Shown: piece after piece, positions 20,152 through 21,675 of the stretch
How positions within the stretch are numbered: the first letter of the stretch is position 1
Layout: each line of letters begins with the position of its first letter
Source of the DNA: a virus
Taxonomy: Duplodnaviria; Heunggongvirae; Uroviricota; Caudoviricetes
IMG/VR virus record: IMGVR_UViG_2728369593_000011
Reading direction: 5' to 3' (one strand)
Length of the DNA stretch: 21,675 nucleotides
Notes under the pieces: model-generated
Seen by the model: only the letters and a program-made list of their open reading frames with translations
What the model was told of the DNA's origin: nothing
Database searches by the model: none
Program-made: the position numbers and the translations under genes

Positions 20152-21675
<1,524 letters not shown>

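Overview
This window is a piece of a degraded lambdoid prophage, with the late operon on the minus strand and IS elements at both edges. Reading the minus strand from high to low coordinates: Rha/antirepressor-like gene, ybcO-like gene (frameshifted), rusA, ylcG, terminator, a plus-strand lpxR-like outer-membrane gene, Q-type antiterminator with a PR'-like promoter and tR'-like terminator, an AT-rich membrane-protein cargo block, nanS-p-like esterase (fragmented), P21-type lysis cassette (pinholin and SAR endolysin both frameshifted; Rz/Rz1 intact), a TonB-C-like lipoprotein, a lambda-type cos site, then a lambda-like head module Nu1-A-W-B-C/Nu3-D-E-FI-FII-Z-U-V-G. E carries a 1-bp insertion, U has a C-terminal frame change, and G is cut after about 78 codons by an IS50-like element that runs off the left edge; no tail genes downstream of G are present. 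An IS21-family istA begins at the right edge. The most interesting region is the unrecognised membrane-protein block sitting where stx sits in Stx phages, followed by the prophage-borne lpxR-like gene. All homology calls are from reading translations against remembered reference proteins; no searches were run, and every frameshift could equally be a sequencing error.
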